The position numbers and the translations under genes were made by a program. The notes under the pieces are model-generated. The model worked only from the letters and a program-made list of their open reading frames with translations, searched no databases and was not told where the DNA came from. A stretch of DNA of 64,000 nucleotides from Candidatus Latescibacterota bacterium (GTDB taxonomy: Bacteria; Latescibacterota; UBA2968; UBA8231), in contig OY730476.1 of NCBI GenBank assembly GCA_963422735.1, positions 2,144,001-2,208,000 of the forward strand, written 5' to 3'. Of this stretch, positions 54,835-63,691 are shown piece after piece (within the stretch, counting starts at the first letter, position 1; each line of letters starts with the position of its first letter).

Positions 54835-56277
54835 CTACGGGCGCAAACCCGTCGGCAAGGGGTGGTACTTCACCTCGACTTCCACATCTGTGACCTTCAG
54901 CGGACTCACCAAATCGTCCGGCCGCCCCACCAGCGCAATCTCCAAGCGGTTCGCCCCCTGCTGTGGTCGTACCCCCTGTAAGTCGAAAATCAGCCACATG
55001 CTCTGGTACGGAGCGACCTTATAGCCGTACTCGCGGCGACATATCTCTTCTTGCAGCGACTGGCCGTTGAGCGCGATCTCCAAGCGATCTTCCGAGACCA
55101 GATCGACGATCTTGATCCGCAAGAGCATCTGACTGACGCGGCCTTCTTGCGCGTCGTCGGCCAAGTAAAAGGGGATGATATGCTGCGCCCGGTCGTCGGC
55201 TGCGATCTCCACCGGCAGTGCCACCGGGTACTGGTTTTCCGTATCTACTGACCGCCGCGCCAACACGTAGTGCTTGTCCTTCTCCTTCATCAGGTTTCGG
55301 CTGCCCAACTCGCTCAGCGCACTGCGCTCCCGGTCTTCTAAGGGCCAGCGCATAAACCATGTGTACAGCCCGTCACAACCCCGGTCCAACAGGCTCGCCG
55401 AGGCCGCTCGCACTTGGGCAGGAGTGGACCAGATCCGCTGTTCGGCCCCGACCGACTCGTCGCATACATAGGGTTGCAAGACCCCATAGACTGAAGCGTC
55501 GACCGCGTGCGCTGCCTCGATCAGCCAATCTATCGGCATGTCCCCGTCGAGGATCATATAGCCGTAGCGCATCGGCACCAAGAAATCCACCAACCCGCGC
55601 TCTAGCCAAGCCCGCACATCCAAGCCCTGCGCCCTGTTCATCTCCTCGGTGGGCAAAACCCGTGCTCCGATTGCGCCCGACCGCTGCCCGCGCACTCGCT
55701 CGGCGAGCCGCTCTACGTAGTCGGTCAAAATAGGCGTCATCGCCTCCACATCCTCCTCTCGCAGGATGCGCGGTGCTCCGCCCGGCAGGGCAAAATCCAG
55801 CTCGATGCCATCGGTTTCGTATTCAGTCGCCAGCTCCTCTACTACTTGCAATATGTGCGCCCGCACCTCGGCGTGCGCCAGTCCGCCACCGCCATCGGCC
55901 AGCCTGTGGGCCGGATCCATATTCCCGTAGGCGGCCATCCGCAAGCTGGCCCAAAAGTCCATGTTTCGGTCGTGTGCCCGGTCGATGAGCACTGTCAGCG
56001 GGTCGAGCCCGCGCTCGATCAGGCTCTGCATGTTGTGCCAAGTGCGCCAATAGGCGGCCTGCTCAAAGGGCTGAATATCCGCTCCGAACATCATCCCGAC
56101 TCGCGATGGGTAAAAAAGCCCATCGCTGCGCTCGACTCCGTAGGCAAAAGTATCCACCCCCGTGCCTGAGACCTCATCTATTGGCACCCAAGCGTCTTCG
56201 AGCGCCATCGGCGGCTCAAAGGCAAAAAGGTAGTAGTGCCGGGCATCATTAAAGTAGATGGTGCGCTGCTGTCGCAT
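54835..56277 (-). CDS. Glycoside-hydrolase-like TIM-barrel protein (GHL10/DUF187-like)
   Basis: IYFNDA, DPL..LIDRAH, WASLRM, YETDGIELDF, GLDVRAW, G.DGLY. Confidence 0.7.
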   Translation of the reverse strand: MRQQRTIYFNDARHYYLFAFEPPMALEDAWVPIDEVSGTGVDTFAYGVERSDGLFYPSRVGMMFGADIQPFEQAAYWRTWHNMQSLIERGLDPLTVLIDRAHDRNMDFWASLRMAAYGNMDPAHRLADGGGGLAHAEVRAHILQVVEELATEYETDGIELDFALPGGAPRILREEDVEAMTPILTDYVERLAERVRGQRSGAIGARVLPTEEMNRAQGLDVRAWLERGLVDFLVPMRYGYMILDGDMPIDWLIEAAHAVDASVYGVLQPYVCDESVGAEQRIWSTPAQVRAASASLLDRGCDGLYTWFMRWPLEDRERSALSELGSRNLMKEKDKHYVLARRSVDTENQYPVALPVEIAADDRAQHIIPFYLADDAQEGRVSQMLLRIKIVDLVSEDRLEIALNGQSLQEEICRREYGYKVAPYQSMWLIFDLQGVRPQQGANRLEIALVGRPDDLVSPLKVTDVEVEVKYHPLPTGLRP

Positions 56278-56363
56278 GGCGTATCCTCCTCGTATCGACG
56301 GGCTGTTGACGCCAACCAAAATGGAAAAGTCTTATGGGCGGTCGAGACAGAAGCGGTTGGAAC

Positions 56364-57245
56364 TCACTCTCCATCTAACCCCTCGTGGGCGTAATGCCAG
56401 TCTTCAAGGTGGTTGAGCAGCACCCCTGAAGTCCACGTCGGGGGACGCTGCAAGGTGGCGTGGATTTCGGCCTGTTTGGCGGCGATGTGATCTCGCTCAA
56501 GCAGGCGCTGGTTGAAGGTCACCACAGCCTCTTCCTCGATAGTACCTTCCCGTAGCACCCAGTCCTCGAATGCGAGATAGGTCGGCATCTCCTCGCGGAG
56601 AAACGCAAGGGCTGTGTCCTGATCCACCTGCAAGGTCTGCAAGCAGCGCTGGTCGAGGCTGCCCTTGGCGCAATCGGGATAGTCGAGATGCAGAAGACCC
56701 TTGGCGCGTAGGCAGGCCTTGAGCCAAGTGCGAGGAAGCTGGCAGATGCCCAACGGGCCTTGGTCGATGCTGCTAAGAGTAGGGGCCACAGGTCCGGACA
56801 GGCCCGGGGCACCGGGAGCGAAGACGCGGCGGTGAAAAAGGTGCCAGTCCTGTAGGCAGTTGAGCAACACAGCCGATACTTCGGTCGTATCTTCCGGCGA
56901 CCAGCCTATGTCCCCATAGGTCTCATCGATTTTGGCTGGAATATAGTGGGTGCGCTGCACCAGCGACTTATTCCAGCGCGCTATGCGAATGGGCTCGTAG
57001 GTGCCTTCAGCAGTCACCCATTTCTCAAATTGTAGGTACGTAGGCCGCTGGTCCCATAAAAAGTGCAGAGCACGGTCCTGGTCGAGACGCAGCACCTCTA
57101 GCACGTATTTGTCGAGACCGCCGCTGCAAAAGGGATAGTCCGCGTCGAGCTGCCCGGCTTGGTGAAGACAGTTTTTCCACCATAGACGCGGTAGCTGGGC
57201 CACGCCCAGCGGGCCTTGACAGAGGGTGCTGACCAATGGAATCAC
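56364..57245 (-). CDS. Tandem DUF5069-like domain protein
   Basis: Two copies of GPLG..QLPR.W.K..L..DYP.C..LD..PTYL.FE.WV and VLLN.L.DWH. Confidence 0.75.
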   Translation of the reverse strand: MIPLVSTLCQGPLGVAQLPRLWWKNCLHQAGQLDADYPFCSGGLDKYVLEVLRLDQDRALHFLWDQRPTYLQFEKWVTAEGTYEPIRIARWNKSLVQRTHYIPAKIDETYGDIGWSPEDTTEVSAVLLNCLQDWHLFHRRVFAPGAPGLSGPVAPTLSSIDQGPLGICQLPRTWLKACLRAKGLLHLDYPDCAKGSLDQRCLQTLQVDQDTALAFLREEMPTYLAFEDWVLREGTIEEEAVVTFNQRLLERDHIAAKQAEIHATLQRPPTWTSGVLLNHLEDWHYAHEGLDGE

Positions 57246-57257
57246 GACTTGCTCCTT

Positions 57258-58118
57258 TCAGGTGGCTGCCAACTCAAACAACGGTGCGTTCCCCTCGGCA
57301 CAGACCCGCAAGTCCTCCACTTCGGCGGCCGTGAGCGGCGCGAGGCGGTCAACTATGTCTAGGGCCATTTCAAAGAGGGGGGCCTCACCGGGCGGCAGGG
57401 CGGCAGTGATGGGCTGCGATAGGGCGAAGCGCAGAGCGAGCTCGGCTAGCTCCGGCTCGTCAATGGGATCGTACCAGCATTTGGCGTAGCGTTTTGTTGC
57501 TCCTTGGGGCAGGCGCGATCGGGCCATGGCTTTGAGGGCTAGACGGGCGGTGCCGCGCTCTTGAGCCTTGGCCACGACTTGGGGGCCGAAGTCGGCTTGG
57601 AAGTAATTGACCCAGTTGACGGGGAAGAGCACCGAGTCAAAGGGGAAATAGTCCAGCAGTTTCAAGGCGATTTCCGCCGAGTGGGCCGAAAAACCTAGAT
57701 AGCGCACCAAGCCTTGGTCGCGGGCCTCCACGAACGCCGCCAAGGCTCCGTCAGGGGCAGTAGCCGCGGCAAAATCCTCCTCCGTGGTCATGGCGTGCAA
57801 TTGGTACAAGTCGAAGTGGTCGGTGCACATAGTTTTGAGGGATTGGCGCAACTCGGCGGCGGCCCCAGCCCGTGTGCGCTGGGTAGTCTTGCAGGCTAGG
57901 AATACATCGCTGCGGTACGGTTCCAAGGCCGGTCCCAGACGCTCTTCGGCATTGCCGTAGCTCGGGGCCACGTCAAAGTAATTGACGCCGCGCTCGACGG
58001 CTCGTCCTACCAAGCGGGCAGCCTCAGCCGCTTCGACTTGGCTGACGACGATGCCGCCGAAGCCGATTACGGAGAGGTGTTCACCAGTGGTGCCGTAGGG
58101 ACGTCGCTGCATGGACAT
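57258..58118 (-). CDS. Aldo/keto reductase
   Basis: LSVIGFGG, GVNYFDVAPSYG, FDLYQLH, YLGFSAH. Confidence 0.93.
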   Translation of the reverse strand: MSMQRRPYGTTGEHLSVIGFGGIVVSQVEAAEAARLVGRAVERGVNYFDVAPSYGNAEERLGPALEPYRSDVFLACKTTQRTRAGAAAELRQSLKTMCTDHFDLYQLHAMTTEEDFAAATAPDGALAAFVEARDQGLVRYLGFSAHSAEIALKLLDYFPFDSVLFPVNWVNYFQADFGPQVVAKAQERGTARLALKAMARSRLPQGATKRYAKCWYDPIDEPELAELALRFALSQPITAALPPGEAPLFEMALDIVDRLAPLTAAEVEDLRVCAEGNAPLFELAAT

Positions 58119-58174
58119 TCTCCTCTTTTCTGGTGGAATTCTACAAGCCGAACAGATGCATTATTGTCGGAAAC

Positions 58175-59323
58175 CTATTCAAACACCGTTTCGCCGCACT
58201 TGTGTCCTTCAATGTAATCCCAATCCATCTCCACGCCCAAACCCGGCCCCTGCGGCACGGGCACGTGGCCTTGGGCATCGACGTTTTCCAGTTCGTCGGT
58301 GAATTCGGGGGGATAGACGGGCGGCTTGGTATTTTTAATTAAGGGATGGAGCAGGCCCAGCTCGTAGTAGTTAGTGTTGCGGATAGCGGCAATGCAGTGG
58401 CGGTGAGCCAAGCCGCCGCCGTGGAACTCACAGTCGAGACCAAAGCCCTCGGCGGCATGGGCGACCTTCATTGCGCCAGTGATGCCGCCGTCCTCGAATG
58501 TGCCAACGCGGACAAAGTCGGTGCCGCCATGAGCAATGAAGTCCACGTGTTGCTCAAGACCAAAGATATGCTCGGTCTGCAAAAGCGGCGTCTTGAGCAA
58601 TTCGCGGAGCTTCTTGTGGGCAAAAATAGAGACGCCGCCGTCCTGATAGGGATCCTCGAGCCAGAAGTAGCCTGCCTCGTCGCAGGCGCGGCCCACGCGC
58701 AGGGCGTCGGCCCACGTTTCGTATTCGCAGGCCGGGTCGATCATCAGATCCATGCGGTCGCCCACGCGCTCGCCGACTGTGAGGACATTGGACACCTCGC
58801 GAGCGATGGGAGCGTTGCCCCAGCCGTGAATCTTGAAGGCTGGATAGCCGATCTCCGCGCACTGCTCAGCGAAGTCGGCAAAGGCTCCTGGCGTACTCAG
58901 ACCGCCGTTTTCGTCGCCGTGGTAGGTCGAGGCATAGGCGGGGATGGTCTTTCTCCAGCCGCCCAAAAGTTGCCAGATAGGCGCATCGTACACTTTGCCG
59001 GCGAAATCCCAGAGCGCCACGTCAACGGCGCAGATGTCCGTGCGGGCGGAGTGGCGCAGACCGCGTTTGATATCGTTGTACATCCGCTCGCGGGCAAATG
59101 GGTCGCGGGCGAGAAGGTAGCGGGCGACGTTTCCGGGCACGGGACGGCCGAGGCACTCGCCGGTGATGCCAATGCTGGTGTGGATGCGTACCACGCAATG
59201 CGTCATCGGGAGCGTCGCGCCCTTTTGGTACACTTGGTTGAAACCGTTGTAGTCGGTGCCCATGTTTTCGATCTGATGGGCAAAGTAAACGTTTTCGATC
59301 TTGGTGATTTTGGGGTCGGCCAT
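58175..59323 (-). CDS. Mandelate racemase/muconate lactonizing enzyme family protein
   Basis: DVALWD..GK, PAYAS, FKIH, LMID, WLEDP, GGITGAMK.AH.AE.FG, P.GPGLG. Confidence 0.92.
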   Translation of the reverse strand: MADPKITKIENVYFAHQIENMGTDYNGFNQVYQKGATLPMTHCVVRIHTSIGITGECLGRPVPGNVARYLLARDPFARERMYNDIKRGLRHSARTDICAVDVALWDFAGKVYDAPIWQLLGGWRKTIPAYASTYHGDENGGLSTPGAFADFAEQCAEIGYPAFKIHGWGNAPIAREVSNVLTVGERVGDRMDLMIDPACEYETWADALRVGRACDEAGYFWLEDPYQDGGVSIFAHKKLRELLKTPLLQTEHIFGLEQHVDFIAHGGTDFVRVGTFEDGGITGAMKVAHAAEGFGLDCEFHGGGLAHRHCIAAIRNTNYYELGLLHPLIKNTKPPVYPPEFTDELENVDAQGHVPVPQGPGLGVEMDWDYIEGHKCGETVFE

Positions 59324-59356
59324 GAGGTTTTGTTCCTTTCGGGAAAAGGTGCTTTG

Positions 59357-59404
59357 TTAGTGGTTAGTGGTCAGTGGTTAGTGGGGACTAATCACTAATC
59401 ACTA
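59357..59404. repeat. Inverted heptamer array (TYAGTGG)x4 / (ATCACTA)x2
   Basis: ttagtgg ttagtgg tcagtgg ttagtgg ggacta atcacta atcacta; can fold back as a hairpin. Confidence 0.9.
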
Positions 59405-59407
59405 AAT

Positions 59408-60124
59408 TCAACAAAAGGGCTTTGGCATTTGATCCCACGTTTCGTTGTCCAGCGTCCGGCCCGTCTTTTTCTTGAATACGCCGCCCCATTGTTTGAAGAA
59501 GAACGGCACATCGCTCCGCAAACAGAGGTCGCGGATGGCTCGCACCCAATCGGCTTCCATTGGCCGGGCACCCGGCCCCGATTCACCACCGACGATAACC
59601 CAGTTAACTCCCGTCAAATCCATATCAGACAAAGGGCCGAGCAGCGGTTCGAGAGACAGAAACTTTATCTTGGCCCCAGTCTCCGTAAGCCGTGCCATCC
59701 GACCCAACCATCTTGAAGATTCAATGCTTGTGCCGAGCCAGATGTTCGGCGTCCAGTTCAGCCTTCCATCGAGTCGCGCAACGCGATCTGGACGTTTGGT
59801 AAGCACTTGGAACGTGTGCTGAGACGCCTCGTTCATGGTTGCAAATACCGATTCGATAAAGGCCGAGGGAACGGACTTATGGAACAGATCGGACATGGAA
59901 TTGACGAATACTATACGAGGCTTCTTCCAACTAATCGGCTCACGTAAGACTTCTGGATGGACCGCAACCACAAATCCGCGCTTGTATTTTTTGGCTCCCA
60001 TCGCTTGCAGTCTTCGCGACATCCTTTCGGCATAGCAATGCTTGCAGCCATGGCTGATCTTCGTGCAACCGGTCACCGGATTCCACGTAGTCTCGGTCCA
60101 TTCGATTTTGGAGCGCGTGGACAT
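59408..60124 (-). CDS. DUF5131 / phage Gp37-Gp68 family radical-SAM-like protein
   Basis: IEWT..TWNPVTGC.KIS.GC..CYA, FVNSMSDLFH, LTKR, S.EPLL, WVIVGGESG, FFKQWGG. Confidence 0.95.
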   Translation of the reverse strand: MSTRSKIEWTETTWNPVTGCTKISHGCKHCYAERMSRRLQAMGAKKYKRGFVVAVHPEVLREPISWKKPRIVFVNSMSDLFHKSVPSAFIESVFATMNEASQHTFQVLTKRPDRVARLDGRLNWTPNIWLGTSIESSRWLGRMARLTETGAKIKFLSLEPLLGPLSDMDLTGVNWVIVGGESGPGARPMEADWVRAIRDLCLRSDVPFFFKQWGGVFKKKTGRTLDNETWDQMPKPFC

Positions 60125-60126
60125 AT

Positions 60127-60928
60127 TTACAAGTCCTTTAGGATATGCTCCGCTATACGTATTGCGGGGTCGATTCCGTTCGGGCTCCCAACGCAGAACA
60201 GAAATTCAAACAACGCTGAATTCTTTGAATTCTTTAGCGTTCGGGATTTCTTAAGGAATCTGTTGTCAAGCAATTGGGTCAGTTTGTTCTTGTATATTTC
60301 AATAAGTCCATTGATCCCTTCTGAGCGCTGCTGTTTTTCATCTCCAAATAATCCGAGTTGAGGATTATTGCTGTACAGGCCTCTCCAACTTTCATCGCCA
60401 TAGATGCGATTCAAACGATTGACCCACTCTGGAGAATCGCCGATGTGGGAAAAAGTATCCAAGTATCCAAGGCTTCGAATGAGGCTATTTTTTTAATTGT
60501 CGCCCACTCTACCTCAGTGGCAAACGGATCGAGAAATAAAACACCCCGATAGCATTGCCAATCTTTTTGTAAGTTCTGCAAGAAATCGTTGGCATCTTCG
60601 TTTTCTATTCGAATATTTTTACATTGATTGGCTTCCCTTAACGAGTTCAGTTCGATGCAACGGTTTTTATCTTTCTCGATAAAAATGTATTCGTCAAATG
60701 GCTTGTCATCGACATCTACAGCTATTTTTGCGGAGCCTTCTATAAATTCTTTTTTATCCTCCTCAACCGAGGTTAATTCTACTTCTCCTGTACCCGCAAA
60801 AGCATCAATGTAAATCAGACTAAACGGCTGATTTTTCAGTGCTGTGGTATAGGCATCCAGATATTTTTAAGAATGGCTAATTTCTCTTCTGTCCATGGAC
60901 CTCCAAAGCCCGTATTGGCACTTCTCAT
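60127..60928 (-). pseudogene. tcmP: Three-Cys-motif partner protein (TcmP-like methyltransferase fold), broken by two frameshifts
   Basis: FGGPWTEEKL.IL/KYLDAY..YIDAFAG.G, GSA.IA, FIEKD, DAN, LFLDPF; breaks near 60865 and 60440. Confidence 0.85.
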
Positions 60929-61061
60929 AGATTTTCTATCCCCACAATTTTCAGGTTCTTGGTTCCACAGTCATCCACGATCTTGACCACTTCTCGTCTG
61001 TGTTCGCAAGCCTCGCTTTTAGCATGGTAATGTCGTCGAGCCGCGTCAATCCCAACTCTGA

Positions 61062-61212
61062 CTAGATAATCGCTATACCGGCGGTAAAATTGGCGGGATT
61101 GACAGCCCACAGATCCGCTGGATCATAAACGCTCACTACCTGCGGGGAGTGCGCTGGTAGCGCCCTCTCTCGGTTGAAGGCTCGCTAGCGCGGCGAGGTT
61201 TTATAGGCGATG
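61062..61212 (-). pseudogene. Displaced degenerate duplicate of the amidohydrolase 3' end
   Basis: FNRERALPAHSPQVVSVYDPADLWAVNPAN vs FNPEWSLPAHPPQAVRVYDPAELWAVNPTN at 61760-61886. Confidence 0.9.
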
Positions 61213-61700
61213 AACACGGCCCCGTTAATAGGAGACGGCCACGGTGTGCAGGACGGTCTTGTTATCGACCTGAACCCTGCTGTATTGGTATGGATGTGCA
61301 GGCGCACGCAGTACAGGCCCGGAGGTACTAGGTCTCCGTATTCGTCCCGTCCATCCCAGCCGACGGCACTCAGGGTGCGCCGTTCGCCGAGGACGCGTAC
61401 CCGTCGGCCATCGAGATGGTAAACCGCGGCCTCCACCGGACTATCGTCTTCCACTCTCACTACTTTGAAAAGAAAAAAATCCAGTCGTCAGAGCCAAGCG
61501 GCCGCTCGAGAATCCATAGTTTTCGGCCACTCAGATCGCACAAGTCAATCATACACAAGCGCCGCGCCAGCCAGAGTAAGCAAGGCGCATTCAAGGCGTA
61601 CCCCGTCATTGACCCCGTCGCTATTGGGCGTACAAATCGACGAGACCAATGCCGCCCAGCAGGAGGAGCAGAGGATACGATCTCGCCATTTTCCCTCATT
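61213..61700 (-). pseudogene. Two remnant FlgD-Ig/gliding-motility-like C-terminal domains
   Basis: CTPNSDGVND..DLSGRKL and VYHLDGRRVRVL..WDGRDEYGDLVPPGLY. Confidence 0.65.
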
Positions 61701-61732
61701 TGGCGATTCGGTGTAGGCCACAGCGTCTCCTC

Positions 61733-62572
61733 TCAAGCAAAAACCGTCAGGCGCGCAGGATTGGTGGGATTGACGGCCCACAGTTCCGCTGGATCATAAA
61801 CGCGCACTGCCTGCGGGGGGTGCGCTGGTAGAGACCATTCTGGGTTGAAGCGCGCGATTAGCGCGGCGAGGTTTTTGTAGGCGATGCGGTCCTTGAGGTC
61901 GTCGTCAATCGGGGCTTCTTCAATGGCCTTCTGCAATATCCTGTAATCGTAATAGGGTAGGTCGGCACCGAAAATCAGCCGCTCGCGTCCCACCTTGTCG
62001 GCCAACCACGCGAAATCCCACTTGGAACCTGGTCCATCCGGGTACTGAACAATCTCGAAAAATACATTGTCGTGCCGGGCCAGATGCTCGGCAGCCCAAG
62101 TGCTAGCGTGGGCGATGAACGTGCAATGAGAGAACATCGCGGCGATGCGGTCCATTAGCGGGCTGTGCAGATGTAGGTTGACCAAGCCCTCGCGAGCGGC
62201 CGCGGCCTCGACGAAGGGGATGCACCACTCGGCAATGGGCGGATGACCGACGATGCCGACCAAGCCCAACTCGCTCATGGCTCTTTCGGCCTCTTCAATG
62301 CCCAGCTTGCCAAAGCGTGCCTCAATCAAGGCCAAGCCGATGGGAAAGACACCGGGAAAATTGCGGCGGGTGCGCGCGATGACCTCGTTCTGGTGGCGGA
62401 TATCCACAATGCCGCGGGCAATCGGGCTGCCGACAGCGGTGGGCATGGAGATGGCGGCGTGGATGTGAGTCTCGGCAAAGCGCGTGAGGCACATGGCGGT
62501 GTTTTGGCCGACCGGCGGCACGCGGTCGATGGTGCGGCCGATGTGGTTGTGGCAGTCGATATAGGGACGCAT
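61733..62572 (-). CDS. Amidohydrolase_2 family protein
   Basis: IDCHNHIG, FIAH, ERLIFGADLPY, IAYKN. Confidence 0.88.
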   Translation of the reverse strand: MRPYIDCHNHIGRTIDRVPPVGQNTAMCLTRFAETHIHAAISMPTAVGSPIARGIVDIRHQNEVIARTRRNFPGVFPIGLALIEARFGKLGIEEAERAMSELGLVGIVGHPPIAEWCIPFVEAAAAREGLVNLHLHSPLMDRIAAMFSHCTFIAHASTWAAEHLARHDNVFFEIVQYPDGPGSKWDFAWLADKVGRERLIFGADLPYYDYRILQKAIEEAPIDDDLKDRIAYKNLAALIARFNPEWSLPAHPPQAVRVYDPAELWAVNPTNPARLTVFA

Positions 62573-63640
62573 TCAAAGCTCCGTCAGGTCGATGGCGCGG
62601 CGCGCTTGGGTGGCACGGCGCGCCGCCTCGATGATGCCGAGGGTGTGATAGGCTCCCGCGCCGGTGATCGGTGGAGAATCCCCTGCGGCGAGGGCGGCAA
62701 ACGTGGCGGTGAGATAGCCAGCGTGGCCGGTGCGGTTGCGCTCCGTGACGTCGAGAGAGATCTCGGACCAAGTGCTCGTCTTCCGCGAGAAGCGATGGAG
62801 CGCCCGGCCGCGACCGACGACGCGCAGGCAGTCGCCGCGCGTGTGTACTTCGCAGAGACCGCTTAACTCGCCGGCCCCCGCGCCGACCATGCCCCACGAC
62901 GTCGAGACCGTGGAGATAGCTCCGTTTTCATGTTCGAGGAGCAAGAGCGCCACATCGTCGACGTCGATGTCGAAAAAGTGCGTCTGCACTCGCGCCTCGA
63001 CATAGCGCACCGGTGAGCACATCAAGGTTTCGAGCGCATAGATTTCGTGGTACGCCGTATCGCCGATGCAGCCGCCACCCGCCGCTTTGGAGGCCCGCCA
63101 GATTCTGGCCGAACTGGCTCGGTGATGAGCCTCGGTCATGGGAAAGAGCGATTTGGCGCGACCGACTCGTGGTCTGGGCAGTTCGCCCTCGCGTAGGAGC
63201 GCGATGGCGCAGAGGGTGCCAGGAGTAAAGATGGCGTTGTGGACGACCGTATAAATGATGTCGTGGCGCGCAACGGCGTCTAGCACGGCCGAGGCTTCCT
63301 CCAGCGAGGTAGCCATCGGCTTTTCGCTGATGACGGCACAGCCAGCCTCGGCCGCGGCAATGACTTGCTCGGCGTGGAGGTGGTGCGGCGTGGCAATGAG
63401 GACGGCGTCTAGGGCGGCTTGGTCCAGCATGTTGCGGTAGTCGGCGTAGCGCTGGGCGGGCGGGACGCCGGTCGTCGCGCCGACGTTGGCTAGGTTGTCG
63501 GCAGCCGGGTCGGCTAGCGCGGCAATGCATGCGGTATCCAGTTCGCACAACGTCGGCAGGTGCTGCTGCTGGACGATGCCGCCGCAGCCGATTAGTCCGA
63601 GGCGAATGGGGGTTTGCACGCGCTTAGTGAGAGGCTTGTT
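62573..63640 (-). CDS. Gfo/Idh/MocA family oxidoreductase (start uncertain)
   Basis: IRLGLIGCGGI, IATPHHLH, SEKPMA, GGGCIGD..YH. Confidence 0.92.
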   Translation of the reverse strand, partial: NKPLTKRVQTPIRLGLIGCGGIVQQQHLPTLCELDTACIAALADPAADNLANVGATTGVPPAQRYADYRNMLDQAALDAVLIATPHHLHAEQVIAAAEAGCAVISEKPMATSLEEASAVLDAVARHDIIYTVVHNAIFTPGTLCAIALLREGELPRPRVGRAKSLFPMTEAHHRASSARIWRASKAAGGGCIGDTAYHEIYALETLMCSPVRYVEARVQTHFFDIDVDDVALLLLEHENGAISTVSTSWGMVGAGAGELSGLCEVHTRGDCLRVVGRGRALHRFSRKTSTWSEISLDVTERNRTGHAGYLTATFAALAAGDSPPITGAGAYHTLGIIEAARRATQARRAIDLTEL

Positions 63641-63691
63641 GAGAGCAAATCGACTCTGCCAACGCCGTGGACATGGCACCTAGGGGATCTA

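Noticed and set aside
58346-59398. Long antisense ORFs (also 820-1530, 16641-17459, 24806-25636, 25670-26305)
   Set aside because: Shadow frames of well-supported genes in GC-rich DNA.
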